Origin: Pseudomonadota bacterium
GTDB taxonomy: Bacteria; Pseudomonadota; Gammaproteobacteria; Burkholderiales; Burkholderiaceae_C
NCBI GenBank assembly: GCA_030271615.1
Contig: JARXKP010000001.1
Span: 5,743 to 69,742 of the forward strand
Reading direction: 5' to 3'
DNA: 64,000 bases
Positions within the stretch are counted from its first letter, which is position 1. Each line of letters starts with the position of its first letter. Shown here in pieces: positions 40,871 through 50,664 of the stretch. Under the pieces are notes generated by a model. It was not told where the DNA came from. It searched no databases and worked only from the letters and a program-made list of their open reading frames with translations. A program made the translations under genes and the position numbers.

Positions 40871-42233
40871 TGGACGCCTCCATCTGCTGATTTTGGGTCA
40901 CGTGACTCACAACATACCGATACTTACCAGATCGCTCCGGGAGTATTTTTTCTACTTGCTCAACAGTGATTTCCACGGGGTTGCCCAACCTGGCCCGTAC
41001 CTTTTCTCGGATGCCGGATACGCAGTTCTGGTCAAAATCATCGTCAGTGACGACCAAGATGCGCACGCGAAGCAAGGTCTCCTGAATGATCTTGAACTGA
41101 CGAACGCCTGGCAGATCACGCAAGACGTAGATCAGCGCCAGTCCGTGCAATACGGTGCCATCGACCGCCACGACAAAGTCCGTGGTACGGCCTTCGATCT
41201 TCTCGATCAGGGGCAGGCCGCGCCCGCAGGCGCATCGTTCGGAACTGAGCGTCGCCACGTCGCCTGTACGGTAGCGAATGAACGGGAAGTCGCCTGTGGC
41301 GAGGTGTGTCACGACGATCTCGCCTGACTGGCCGGGTGCAAGCACGCGGCCCTCGCGGCCCACGATCTCAACCACGAGATCTTCAGCGGTGAGGTGCATG
41401 CCTCCCTGTGGGCACTGGTGTGCAATGAAGCCTGCATCGCGCCCTCCATAGCCATTGGCCACCGGGCAGCCGAACACTCGGCTGATGGTGGAACGCTGCT
41501 CGTCGTAGAGGCGCTCGCTGGTAACAAAGGCCACCTTGATGCCCAAGTCATCCATGCCCTGACCTCGCTTCACGGCATGGTTCGCAATGTGGCTCAGCGC
41601 ACTGGGATAGCCAAACAGCATCTTCGGCTTGCGGCGCCGTATGGCGGCCACGAAACCATCCAGACGGGATTCGCTCATCTCGAACGCAGGCAGCAACTCG
41701 GTGCGCAGCAGCTTGTCGCGCCATGCTCGCACCCGGTCCTGGCTGCCGAGTTCGATGGGCGAACCCCAGACCACGATTTCGGGATCGCCAATGTCTACCC
41801 CCCACCAGCGCGTGGCGCGCCACTTCGCAGCCACGTCGTGGCTGACACGTTCGTTGCCGATGAAGAAAATCAACGGCTCGCCAGAACTGCCTCCCGTGTT
41901 GAAGCGCGCCAGGCCTCGCGCATGCTGGTGCTTCATCGCGTCTGTGTGAGCACGTATCGTGGGCTTGTCCAGCAACGGCAAGGCTTGAAGATCCTCCAAT
42001 CCGCGCACGGCCGTGGGATCGAATTTCAGTCGGCTAAACAGGTCACGGTAGTAAGGCACGTTGACGGCCACGTCTGCCAGCAGGGTACGCAGCCGCTCCA
42101 GCTGGAGCACTTGAAGGCGCTCTGCGGACCACCACTGCGACTCCTCCATCTCGCGCCGCAATGCCACGCTGCTGTGCCGCTTGAAGTACTCATGCAGCGG
42201 GAAAATCGCGTTCGATACGATACGGGTCCACAT
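40863..42233 (-). CDS. Phenylacetate-CoA ligase family / CapK-like adenylate-forming protein
   Basis: NTGGSSGEP, GYPSAL, NGYGGRD, FIRYRTGD, IEGR, SGKYR. Confidence 0.88.
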   Translation of the reverse strand: MWTRIVSNAIFPLHEYFKRHSSVALRREMEESQWWSAERLQVLQLERLRTLLADVAVNVPYYRDLFSRLKFDPTAVRGLEDLQALPLLDKPTIRAHTDAMKHQHARGLARFNTGGSSGEPLIFFIGNERVSHDVAAKWRATRWWGVDIGDPEIVVWGSPIELGSQDRVRAWRDKLLRTELLPAFEMSESRLDGFVAAIRRRKPKMLFGYPSALSHIANHAVKRGQGMDDLGIKVAFVTSERLYDEQRSTISRVFGCPVANGYGGRDAGFIAHQCPQGGMHLTAEDLVVEIVGREGRVLAPGQSGEIVVTHLATGDFPFIRYRTGDVATLSSERCACGRGLPLIEKIEGRTTDFVVAVDGTVLHGLALIYVLRDLPGVRQFKIIQETLLRVRILVVTDDDFDQNCVSGIREKVRARLGNPVEITVEQVEKILPERSGKYRYVVSHVTQNQQMEASNA

Positions 42234-42237
42234 GGAT

Positions 42238-43497
42238 TCAGCGCTCCGGTGCCATGCCGGCACGCCAGGCGGTACCCGAATGAGCACGCTGCGTGATCGC
42301 GCGAAATTCGGCGTCCAACTCGTCTACACGACGATCCCATGCGTGAGCCTCGGCGTAGACGCGGATGGCGGCACGATCCCAGGTGCGGTTCAGGGCATCG
42401 AGCAGCCCCTTCGCCAGCGCCGGTGCGTCGTCGAAAGGCACGATCATCCCAACAGCCGACGTCGCCACGACTTCGCGATTTCCGCCCACGTCGGTCGTGA
42501 CCACCGGCAGGCCGCAGGCCATGGCTTCCAGGAAGACGTTGGCCCAGCCTTCGTTGCGCGTGGCCAGCACGAATACATCGGCTGCCGACAGCACTCGGCG
42601 CAACTCGGTGGGCAGCAGTGGTCCGGTGAAGTGCACTTGCGCTTCGATGCCGAGTTCACGGGCCTGTTTTTGCAGGCGATCTGTCCAATCGCCCTCGGGG
42701 CTGGGGCCACCGACCACCAGGTAGTGCAAAGGGGTTGACTGACGCAGGCCCTCAACCAGCGCCGGAAGACAGTCCATGACACGGTGAAAGCCCTTGCGTT
42801 CGCACAGCCCACCCACACTGACCAGCACCGCAGCATCATCGGGCAGGCCGAGGGTCGACCGTGCGGCGGCGCGGTCCACGGGCTGGAATCGGTCGAGGTC
42901 GACGCCGTTGCCAATCACTCGCGAACGCTCGGGCGCAAGGCCCAGTTTCAAGGCCACCTGACGGAGCGAGTCGGAGACTGCGAACACCAAGGTGGCTCTT
43001 TTTAGAGCCCGTGCCAGCAAGGGACGCAGCACGGCATCGCGCGCGTGACGCTCTTCGGTTCCACGCAAAGTGATGGTGACCGGTACGCCGAGCCAGCGGC
43101 CCAGCAGACCTGCGGCATAGCCATCTGGGTAGCCAAAGTGCGCGTCGATGATGTCGAGACGGCCTGCAGCCTTGAGTGCGCGCATCTGAGACCAGGCCCC
43201 CAGAGCCATGGAGAGACCATCGAAACGCTTCAACATCCCCGGGAGGCTGAAGAAACGTGGGAACCAGACATCATGGTCGTCCTGACGCTCGAAATGGGGT
43301 GCACCCGGGCGGAACCCCGGGCGCCAGCGACGCAAGAGGCCCTGCAACGGGAACCAGGGCACAGGGGACACCACGGTCAAGGGCAACCGCCGCCCGAGGC
43401 GGAACATTCGCTCGCGGATGAACAGCCCGGCCCCGGGCTGGCGGCCGCTGGGAAACAGGCTGCTCAGCACCACGATGTGCGGGCCCGTGTCAGGCAT
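42238..43497 (-). CDS. GT4 glycosyltransferase (TuaC-like)
   Basis: SSLFP, DAHFGYPDG, TLRG, EGWANVFLEAMACG. Confidence 0.88.
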   Translation of the reverse strand: MPDTGPHIVVLSSLFPSGRQPGAGLFIRERMFRLGRRLPLTVVSPVPWFPLQGLLRRWRPGFRPGAPHFERQDDHDVWFPRFFSLPGMLKRFDGLSMALGAWSQMRALKAAGRLDIIDAHFGYPDGYAAGLLGRWLGVPVTITLRGTEERHARDAVLRPLLARALKRATLVFAVSDSLRQVALKLGLAPERSRVIGNGVDLDRFQPVDRAAARSTLGLPDDAAVLVSVGGLCERKGFHRVMDCLPALVEGLRQSTPLHYLVVGGPSPEGDWTDRLQKQARELGIEAQVHFTGPLLPTELRRVLSAADVFVLATRNEGWANVFLEAMACGLPVVTTDVGGNREVVATSAVGMIVPFDDAPALAKGLLDALNRTWDRAAIRVYAEAHAWDRRVDELDAEFRAITQRAHSGTAWRAGMAPER

Positions 43498-44701
43498 GCG
43501 CTGCTGCCTCGGCCAAGCTGGCGTATACCGGCGCATATCGCGCCACGCTCGCGGCCCAGTTGCGTTCGGCTTCGACAAAGCGCCGGCCGGCCTGGCGCAG
43601 GCGTGGCCATTCGTTGCGCCGATCGAGCAGCGCTTCCACCGACGACGCCAACGCACCAGCACTGCCAGCCTTGAAAAGCCAGCCCGTTTCACCGTGCCGA
43701 ATGAGCTCCTTGTGCCCACCCACGTCGCTGGCGACCAGCAGACGCCCCTGCGCCATGGCTTCGAGTGGCTTGAGCGGCGTGACGAGTTCGGTCAAACGCA
43801 TCGAATGCCTCGGATAGGCCAGCACGTCGACCAGGTCGTAATAGCGCTGCACTTCGGCATGCGGAACACGGCCAGTGAAGACCACCTTGTCGGCCAGACC
43901 GAGGCGCTGCACCTGCGCTCTGAGCGCATCGTCCTGCGGCCCCCCACCCACCAGCAGAGCACGCACCTCAGGGCGTTTCTGCAACAGCGCGGGCATCGCA
44001 TCGAGCAGCAGGTCGAGTCCTTCATAGGCGTAGAAGCTGCCGATGAAGCCCACCACCGTGGCACCGGTCAGCCCCAGGGTCGCCTTGAGCGTGTCGTCAG
44101 GCTGCCCCCCGGGTTCGAAGGATTCGATGTCCACGGCATTGGGGATCACCGTGACCTTGTCGGCCGCAATGCCGCGCCGGGCAATGTCGTGACGCAGCCC
44201 TTCGCAAATGGTGAATACATGCGCAGCCTGTCGCAGCGCATGCGTCTCCAGCCGCCGCGTCAAGCGATAACGCAGGCTGCCTTCGCGTGTGGTGCCATGG
44301 TCGACGGCGGCGTCCTCCCAGAATGCACGAACCTCGTAGACCACCGGGATGCCAAGCTGGCGGCCGACACGAAGCGCGGGAATCGCGTTCAGCACCGGCG
44401 AATGCGCGTGCAGGATGTCCGGGCGCACCTTCTTTGCGACCTCCAGCAACCGAGCCTGCGTCTGCTTGATCAGCGCCACCTCGGCGAGGCCGGGCAAGCT
44501 GGCGCCGGTGGGCGCAGACGTGCGATAGAAATGCCAGCCATCGACGGTTTCTTCGGCACCCGAGGGCTCGGTGTGTTTGGGGCTGGTGAGGTGGTATGTC
44601 TCCCAACCCAGGAGGCGCTGCTCTCGCAGAATGGACAGTGTGCGAAAGGTGTAGCCACTGTGCAGGGGAATGGAATGATCCAGGACGTGGAGGATGCGCA
44701 A
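43490..44701 (-). CDS. PEP-CTERM/XrtA system GT4 glycosyltransferase (TIGR04063-like)
   Basis: (M)RILHVLDHSIPLHSGYTFRT, YEVRAFWEDAAVDHG, VTPLKPLEAMA. Probable TTG start at 44701. Confidence 0.9.
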   Translation of the reverse strand: MRILHVLDHSIPLHSGYTFRTLSILREQRLLGWETYHLTSPKHTEPSGAEETVDGWHFYRTSAPTGASLPGLAEVALIKQTQARLLEVAKKVRPDILHAHSPVLNAIPALRVGRQLGIPVVYEVRAFWEDAAVDHGTTREGSLRYRLTRRLETHALRQAAHVFTICEGLRHDIARRGIAADKVTVIPNAVDIESFEPGGQPDDTLKATLGLTGATVVGFIGSFYAYEGLDLLLDAMPALLQKRPEVRALLVGGGPQDDALRAQVQRLGLADKVVFTGRVPHAEVQRYYDLVDVLAYPRHSMRLTELVTPLKPLEAMAQGRLLVASDVGGHKELIRHGETGWLFKAGSAGALASSVEALLDRRNEWPRLRQAGRRFVEAERNWAASVARYAPVYASLAEAAAHA

Positions 44702-44702
44702 A

Positions 44703-45752
44703 TCAGACCCCGATGACAAAACGACTGCGCGGCCCGAGGACGCGGCGAACAACGGTCACCACCGCCACGCTGACAGCGAGCGCCACAACCGCAGCAACAG
44801 CAACACCCCAAACGCCACCTTCAGGCAGATTTCCGGCGAGGCGGGTGAAACCAAGTTTCCCAGCGTAAATGACATACGGGTGCACGAAGTAAATGCCGAA
44901 ACTCAAGTTGCCGGTCAAGGTGAGCAAAGGGACCTGGCGGCGTCCCAACCTCAGCAAGGCGGCCAGCAAGAACAACATCAAGGCAACCTTCTGCAAGTAG
45001 CCCAGGTAGGTGTGGGTTCCCGCCGTGAATGCCAGTTCGGCGGCGGCAAGGACGATCGCTAGCAACAGAAGAGGCAACAGGTGGCCCCTCAGCAAGGACT
45101 CTGTCTGCAAACGAAACCGGCAACACGCCATGCCCAGAACCCAGATGGCCAGGAAGTGCCCGAAATTCATCAGGGCATTGTGGCTACGCGGCACCCACAG
45201 CGGGATCAGGAACAGCAGAGGAAGCACGACAAACGCAGAGTCACGGCGGAACGCCGTGATCAGGATCGGTGCCATCGCATAGAACACCACGATCGTGGGA
45301 ATGAACCAGAACGGACCAATGTGCGCGCCGGTAAGCAGGAACTCCAGGGATTGCAACCAGACCGGTTGATCGTAAAAACCCACCCTGACATCGTCTTGCA
45401 CAGCTCCGTGGGTGAACATGAAGATGGCCGGTATCGACATCACGACGTACGGGAGCACGACGAAACGCAGCTTCTTCGACCAGAAATCAAGAACGCGGAA
45501 ACGGCCGGACAGATGCTCGAACAGATATCCCGAAATGAACAGAAAAAACAAGGTGCCGTTGGCAAATCCATACGCGAACCAACGCTTGACCTCGGCGTGA
45601 TCGGTCCAGTCGAAGATGCTCAGCGAGTGCGTGGCGACAATGAATATCACCGCCAGGCCGCGGAAATTGTGGATGTGCGGGATTTTCGTGACGCCCACTA
45701 GCAACGACTTCGATGCAGCCGGCACAGTCGCGGTGGCGGCAATGTCACTCAC
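44703..45752 (-). CDS. Acyltransferase family 3 membrane protein
   Basis: NFRGLAVIFIVATH, FLFISGYLF, FWFIP, SFGIYFVH. Confidence 0.88.
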   Translation of the reverse strand: MSDIAATATVPAASKSLLVGVTKIPHIHNFRGLAVIFIVATHSLSIFDWTDHAEVKRWFAYGFANGTLFFLFISGYLFEHLSGRFRVLDFWSKKLRFVVLPYVVMSIPAIFMFTHGAVQDDVRVGFYDQPVWLQSLEFLLTGAHIGPFWFIPTIVVFYAMAPILITAFRRDSAFVVLPLLFLIPLWVPRSHNALMNFGHFLAIWVLGMACCRFRLQTESLLRGHLLPLLLLAIVLAAAELAFTAGTHTYLGYLQKVALMLFLLAALLRLGRRQVPLLTLTGNLSFGIYFVHPYVIYAGKLGFTRLAGNLPEGGVWGVAVAAVVALAVSVAVVTVVRRVLGPRSRFVIGV

Positions 45753-45853
45753 GGCTGGGCCCAGACATGGCTTCCGCTTGGAAGTTGCCCAGGTCCTTTC
45801 GAATCACCTGCCGCGTACCTGCGTCCGCCATGGCGCCCGTCGGGAGTGCCGAA

Positions 45854-47815
45854 TCAGACGAGCAACTCATGCCGTTCTTCCGTGCGAGAGAGCGAGTAAC
45901 CTTCAGCCCCATCCACCACATTGCGCAGAAACGCCTCGAACATCAGCAGCGTCCACAGCGGCGCGCTGTAGTCGCTGGCGCCACTCTGGTGCGCATCGAC
46001 CAGATGCTGCAGGTACGGCCGATCGAACCAGCCGGTCGATCCGAGGCGGTCGCCGAGCACCGCGTCACGGACACGTTGCTTCAGCGGCCCTCGGAACCAT
46101 TGCGCGAGCGGCACCGAGAACCCCATCTTCGGCCGATAGAGCACTTCAGTCGGCAGCTGCGGCTCCATGGCTTTCTTGAGCAGGAACTTGCCCTCTTGGC
46201 CTCGGACCTTCATCGACGACGGCAATGTGGCCAACCACTCGATCAGCTTGTGATCCATCAGCGGCTCGCGCACTTCCAGCGAATGGGCCATGCTGGCGCG
46301 GTCGACCTTGGTGTTGATGTCGCCCACCAGGTAGGTCTTCAAGTCGAGATACTGGATCAGCGCCAGCGGGTCGTCAGTGCGCGCACGGCCCGCATGGAAG
46401 TCGAATACCTCCTGCGCGCTGTAGCCCGCCAGCTCGCGCTTCAGCGCAGGACTGAATAGCTTGGCGCGCATCGGGCCGCGCAGGATCGACACCGAGTGAC
46501 AGTAGGCCTCGACCGCGGTACGAGACATGCCTTCGAAGGTGGTTTTTGCCCTCAGCACGCGCGGCGCCCAGTCCGCCTTGGGGTAGACACGCCCCAGCAA
46601 TCCGAACAGCGGCTGGCGGATGCCGGCGGGCAATGCCGAGCGCATGCGCTCTTCCATCAGGTGCAGTCGGTAGCGGCGGTAGCCCCCGAAGGTTTCGTCG
46701 CCGCCGTCGCCGGACAGCGCCACCGTCACATGCTTGCGCGCCAGCTGGCACACGCGGTACGTCGGGATGGCCGAGCTGTCGGCATAGGGCTCGTCATACA
46801 GACGTGCCAATGTGTCGATGAGGTCGAAGTCGTCAGACTTCACGGTCTCGACGCGGTGGTTGGTGGCGTAGCGCGAAGCCACCATCGCGGCAAATTCGCT
46901 CTCGTTGAACTTCGGATCGTCGAACGCGATGGAGCAGGTGTTGACCGGCCCGGCCGACAACCCGGCCATCGTCGCCACCACCGCACTGGAGTCGACGCCG
47001 CCCGACAAGAACGCACCCAGCGGCACCTCCGAGATCATGCGAAGGCGCACTGACTCCTGGAGCCTGTGCTGCAGCTCAGCGCAAGCGTCTTCAAGACCGA
47101 TGGGGTTGTCCAGCGTGAAGCGCACGTCCCAGTATTCCCGGGGCTCTCCCACCGGCTCGCCTCGGCAAATGGCCAACGTGTACCCAGGCGGCAGCTTCCT
47201 CGCCTGACGAAAGATGGTGCGCGGCTCGGCAACGTACCCGAGCGCGAAATATTCCTCGATGGCCAGCGGGTCGATGTCGCGTTTCAGGGCGCTGCCCTGC
47301 GGCCCCCGATAAGCCAGCAGCGACTTCAGTTCACTGCCGAACAGCAGGGTGCCATCGTCCAGCAGCGCGTAGTAGAGCGGCTTGACGCCCATCCGGTCGC
47401 GAGCCATGAAGAGCATCTGGCGATTGCGGTCCCACAACACGAAGGCGAACATACCGCGAAAGCGCTCGACGCAGGCCTCGCCCCACTGCTCCCAGGCGTG
47501 CACGATGACCTCAGTGTCGCTCTTGGTGTGGAAACGGTGCCCGGCGGCCTGCAGTTCGGGGATCAGTTCCTGGTAGTTGTAGATCTCGCCATTGAAGACG
47601 ACCACCACCGAGCCATCTTCATTGAACAGCGGCTGCTGGCCCGTGGCCACGTCGATGATGGACAGGCGCCTGTGTCCGAAGCCCACACCAGGCTCGATGT
47701 GCAGGCTGCCTTCGTCGGGGCCGCGATGCAGTTGCGAGTCGTTCATGCGCTGCAACACCGCGCGGTCGATGTCGCGTGCCTGGCGCGTGTCGAAAAGACC
47801 GGTGATGCCGCACAT
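45854..47815 (-). CDS. asnB: XrtA/PEP-CTERM system glutamine amidotransferase (AsnB family, TIGR03108-like)
   Basis: MCGITG (Ntn Cys), HRGPD, FNGEIYN, SDTEVI, LSGGVDSS, SGDGGDE, KVDRASMAHSLE. Confidence 0.92.
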   Translation of the reverse strand: MCGITGLFDTRQARDIDRAVLQRMNDSQLHRGPDEGSLHIEPGVGFGHRRLSIIDVATGQQPLFNEDGSVVVVFNGEIYNYQELIPELQAAGHRFHTKSDTEVIVHAWEQWGEACVERFRGMFAFVLWDRNRQMLFMARDRMGVKPLYYALLDDGTLLFGSELKSLLAYRGPQGSALKRDIDPLAIEEYFALGYVAEPRTIFRQARKLPPGYTLAICRGEPVGEPREYWDVRFTLDNPIGLEDACAELQHRLQESVRLRMISEVPLGAFLSGGVDSSAVVATMAGLSAGPVNTCSIAFDDPKFNESEFAAMVASRYATNHRVETVKSDDFDLIDTLARLYDEPYADSSAIPTYRVCQLARKHVTVALSGDGGDETFGGYRRYRLHLMEERMRSALPAGIRQPLFGLLGRVYPKADWAPRVLRAKTTFEGMSRTAVEAYCHSVSILRGPMRAKLFSPALKRELAGYSAQEVFDFHAGRARTDDPLALIQYLDLKTYLVGDINTKVDRASMAHSLEVREPLMDHKLIEWLATLPSSMKVRGQEGKFLLKKAMEPQLPTEVLYRPKMGFSVPLAQWFRGPLKQRVRDAVLGDRLGSTGWFDRPYLQHLVDAHQSGASDYSAPLWTLLMFEAFLRNVVDGAEGYSLSRTEERHELLV

Positions 47816-47839
47816 GGTGTTCAGTTCCGATTCACGTCG

Positions 47840-49012
47840 TCAGATAGTCCGATCGGCCAGCAGCCGGTCATAAAGGGCCTGGTAGGCGCCCACCATCGCC
47901 GGCAGGCTGAAGTGCTGCTCGACACGAGCCCGCCCCGCTCTGCCCATCGCTGCGGCACGCGCCGGGTCAGCTGACATGCGGAGCAAGCCCGAGGCCATTA
48001 ATTCGGCGTCACCCGCAGCCACCAAATCACCCGTGTTGCCGTTCAGTACCAGTTCGGCATTGCCGCCGACATCTGTAGCCAGAACAGGCAGACCAGAAGC
48101 CATGCACTCCAGGATGGTATTCGAGACGCCCTCGGCCAGAGATGGCAGCACGAAGCAATCGAGCCCACGCATGACATTTGGCACATCCGCGCGCTCACCG
48201 GGCAGCCATGCCAGGTGACCCACGCCTGCCGCGTTCAGCAGCGCCTGCGCTTCGGTCCGCAACGGACCCTCGCCGACCATCACCAGACGCAACCGATCGC
48301 GCTGTGCGGGCTGCAGCTGCAGGGCGCGAATGAATGCCTGGGCGAGCAGCGTCTGAGCCTTGACCGTCTGCATGCGGCCCACGGTGCCGAAAACGAACAG
48401 CGCCGGATCGGAGAAGGGACAACCCTGGACCACAGTGCGCGGGCCCGGCTGAACGTGGAAGCGCTGGATATCGACGCCGTTGTAGATCTGGGCGATGCGC
48501 ATCGCCGGCACACCCACCTTCTGGTCCAGGTAGCCGGCCAGATCGCGCGACAGCGTCACGTAGTGGTGCACGAAGGGCCGATAGGCGCGACGCATCCACT
48601 GATAACGCCGACGGGTGCCATCAAGGTCGTCGACATCTCGGCCGTGCTCGCCATGGATACGCACCGGAACACCCGCCATTGCAGCCGGCACCTGGCACTC
48701 CAGCGCCGCGAGGTTTCGGGTGTGCACGATGGCAGGTCGGAGTTCGGCGAACAGGCGCTGCAGTCGCGGGTAAAGCTTCACGCCGTGACCCGCAGGCTTG
48801 TGCAACGAAACCAGCTCGACGTCTTCACGGCGGATGCGATCCGCGAACGCGGGCACCACCTCAGTGAGCGCCACCACGGCATGCCGATAGGCGGACACAG
48901 GCATGTGGTTGATGAGGTTCACGACACCGTTCTCGAGGCCGCCAGTGTCGAAACGATAGACCACGTGCAGGACCAGCGGACGCGGATCACGGACCGCTGG
49001 GTCTTGAGTCAT
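47840..49012 (-). CDS. PEP-CTERM/XrtA system sugar transferase, GT4 (TIGR03088-like)
   Basis: HVVYRFDTGGLENGVVNLIN, HTRNLAALE, IHGEHGRD, EGVSNTILE. Confidence 0.92.
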   Translation of the reverse strand: MTQDPAVRDPRPLVLHVVYRFDTGGLENGVVNLINHMPVSAYRHAVVALTEVVPAFADRIRREDVELVSLHKPAGHGVKLYPRLQRLFAELRPAIVHTRNLAALECQVPAAMAGVPVRIHGEHGRDVDDLDGTRRRYQWMRRAYRPFVHHYVTLSRDLAGYLDQKVGVPAMRIAQIYNGVDIQRFHVQPGPRTVVQGCPFSDPALFVFGTVGRMQTVKAQTLLAQAFIRALQLQPAQRDRLRLVMVGEGPLRTEAQALLNAAGVGHLAWLPGERADVPNVMRGLDCFVLPSLAEGVSNTILECMASGLPVLATDVGGNAELVLNGNTGDLVAAGDAELMASGLLRMSADPARAAAMGRAGRARVEQHFSLPAMVGAYQALYDRLLADRTI

Positions 49013-49064
49013 TTCGTGAAGGTATCGTTCATGCGTGGAATCATGTTGCTCGAAGCTGTTGTGT

Positions 49065-50645
49065 TCAGCGGGCGTCTCTAGCCTGCTGCAGCAACGCATT
49101 CAGTTGCTCATGATTGGCTTGTACAAACGCCTCCAGCGCCGCGTCCGATGCGGCCACAGTCTCGCCGTCGGCATAAAGCACGATTGCCGCGCCCTCGTCG
49201 CCGCGGCCTTTCATCCGCGCAAGCCCTCCCTGAATCTTGGCCGCCGCATCGCCGGCGATGAATCGACCGTCGATCCAGTAGACGCGCCAGACGACCAGAT
49301 GCGGCCGGCGCTCGGTGCTGGACTGCGACTTCCCGAGGATTTCTGCGGTGTTGAAGCTGACCGTCTGCGGCCCCACGGCCACATCCTTTCTCCCGCCGAC
49401 CATCAGGTTCCAGTCGTCGCTCCTCATCGGCACGAGAACGTTGGTCGAGCTGACCAATTTTCGGTCATCGCTCTGATTGCGGTAGTAGGCCAGGTGCAAT
49501 CCCACGGTGCCGGCCGGACCCGCGTAGGCCTGCGCCGCTTCAGCGGATGGGTTGATGAATATCGGTGCCCACGAGACGATCTGCGCCCCTTCAGCAGACC
49601 AGCCATTCGCCAGTTGTGCGGGCAGCTGGAGCGTTGCTTCGGCTGCGGCACCTTCGGCCCGCTCCAGACCGACCAGCGCAATGCGCGGCAGCATGGCGAT
49701 CAAGGTACCGGCCAGCACCATGGCGACCGTTCGACCGACAAGGACAGGCGGCACATCGGCCCATCGGGAAACCGGCACGGATGTGCGTTCGCCTGCTGGC
49801 GTGTCGTCGGGCTCGGCCCAACGTGCGCCGATCAAGAACATCATGAAAATGATCACGCCGAAGAAGACCCAGCCGTAGAGCACGTGATCCACACCGGTCG
49901 CGAGCCTGTTGCCGGAAAAGTGGGCGAGCATCACGATCAGATAGGCGCGCAGCCAGTTGGCCAGCACTGGCATCAACAGCGAGGTCAGCATGAACACGGC
50001 ACGCCGCGTGTACGACCGGTAGTTAAGGTAGGCAAACAGCGTCCCCACCATGAAAGACGCCATCAGGTAACGCACACCGCTGCATTCGTCGATCACCGAC
50101 CAGCTGCCACTGGGAATGATGAATTGCTGCCCCTCGCGGTAAACCGGCACCCCTGACGCCTGCAGTGCAGACACGGTGAAGTCCGCAGTCAAATGCATCA
50201 TGGTGGGCACGACGAACTCGCCAAACGGCACCGCGAAGAACATGAACAACAGCGGAAACAGAATCGCCAACGCCACTTCGAAACCGAGCACGAGCGGAAC
50301 CGCCAGCAGCAGCATCGTTACCAGTGCGAACTGCGAAGCAACTCCGACGATCACCAGATCGGACAGCAGCCAGATCGCAGCGGTCACCAGAATAGGCAGC
50401 AGCATCCACGGCTGCGGCCGAGGCGTCAACGCAGCCAGCCGGTCGCGCTGCCGCCACACCAGCCACAGGACGATGGGAAGCACCAGCAAGCAATGAGCGA
50501 AGGTCTCGGAGCGCCACCAGATGCCCACCATGACCGCTGCCGTATCGCGATACAGCAGCAGAATGGCGGCCACCAGCAGCAGAAATGCAGGCAGCGCGGT
50601 TCGCCAAGGCGAAGCAACGCGGAAGTCGGCGGGCACGGCACTCAT
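49065..50645 (-). CDS. xrtA: Exosortase A with C-terminal EpsI domain
   Basis: W.RSETFAH, catalytic-triad context ECSG / NWLRAY / DHVLYGW, and an EpsI-like periplasmic C-terminus. Confidence 0.93.
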   Translation of the reverse strand: MSAVPADFRVASPWRTALPAFLLLVAAILLLYRDTAAVMVGIWWRSETFAHCLLVLPIVLWLVWRQRDRLAALTPRPQPWMLLPILVTAAIWLLSDLVIVGVASQFALVTMLLLAVPLVLGFEVALAILFPLLFMFFAVPFGEFVVPTMMHLTADFTVSALQASGVPVYREGQQFIIPSGSWSVIDECSGVRYLMASFMVGTLFAYLNYRSYTRRAVFMLTSLLMPVLANWLRAYLIVMLAHFSGNRLATGVDHVLYGWVFFGVIIFMMFLIGARWAEPDDTPAGERTSVPVSRWADVPPVLVGRTVAMVLAGTLIAMLPRIALVGLERAEGAAAEATLQLPAQLANGWSAEGAQIVSWAPIFINPSAEAAQAYAGPAGTVGLHLAYYRNQSDDRKLVSSTNVLVPMRSDDWNLMVGGRKDVAVGPQTVSFNTAEILGKSQSSTERRPHLVVWRVYWIDGRFIAGDAAAKIQGGLARMKGRGDEGAAIVLYADGETVAASDAALEAFVQANHEQLNALLQQARDAR

Positions 50646-50664
50646 CGTCTTGATTCCCTTCGAC

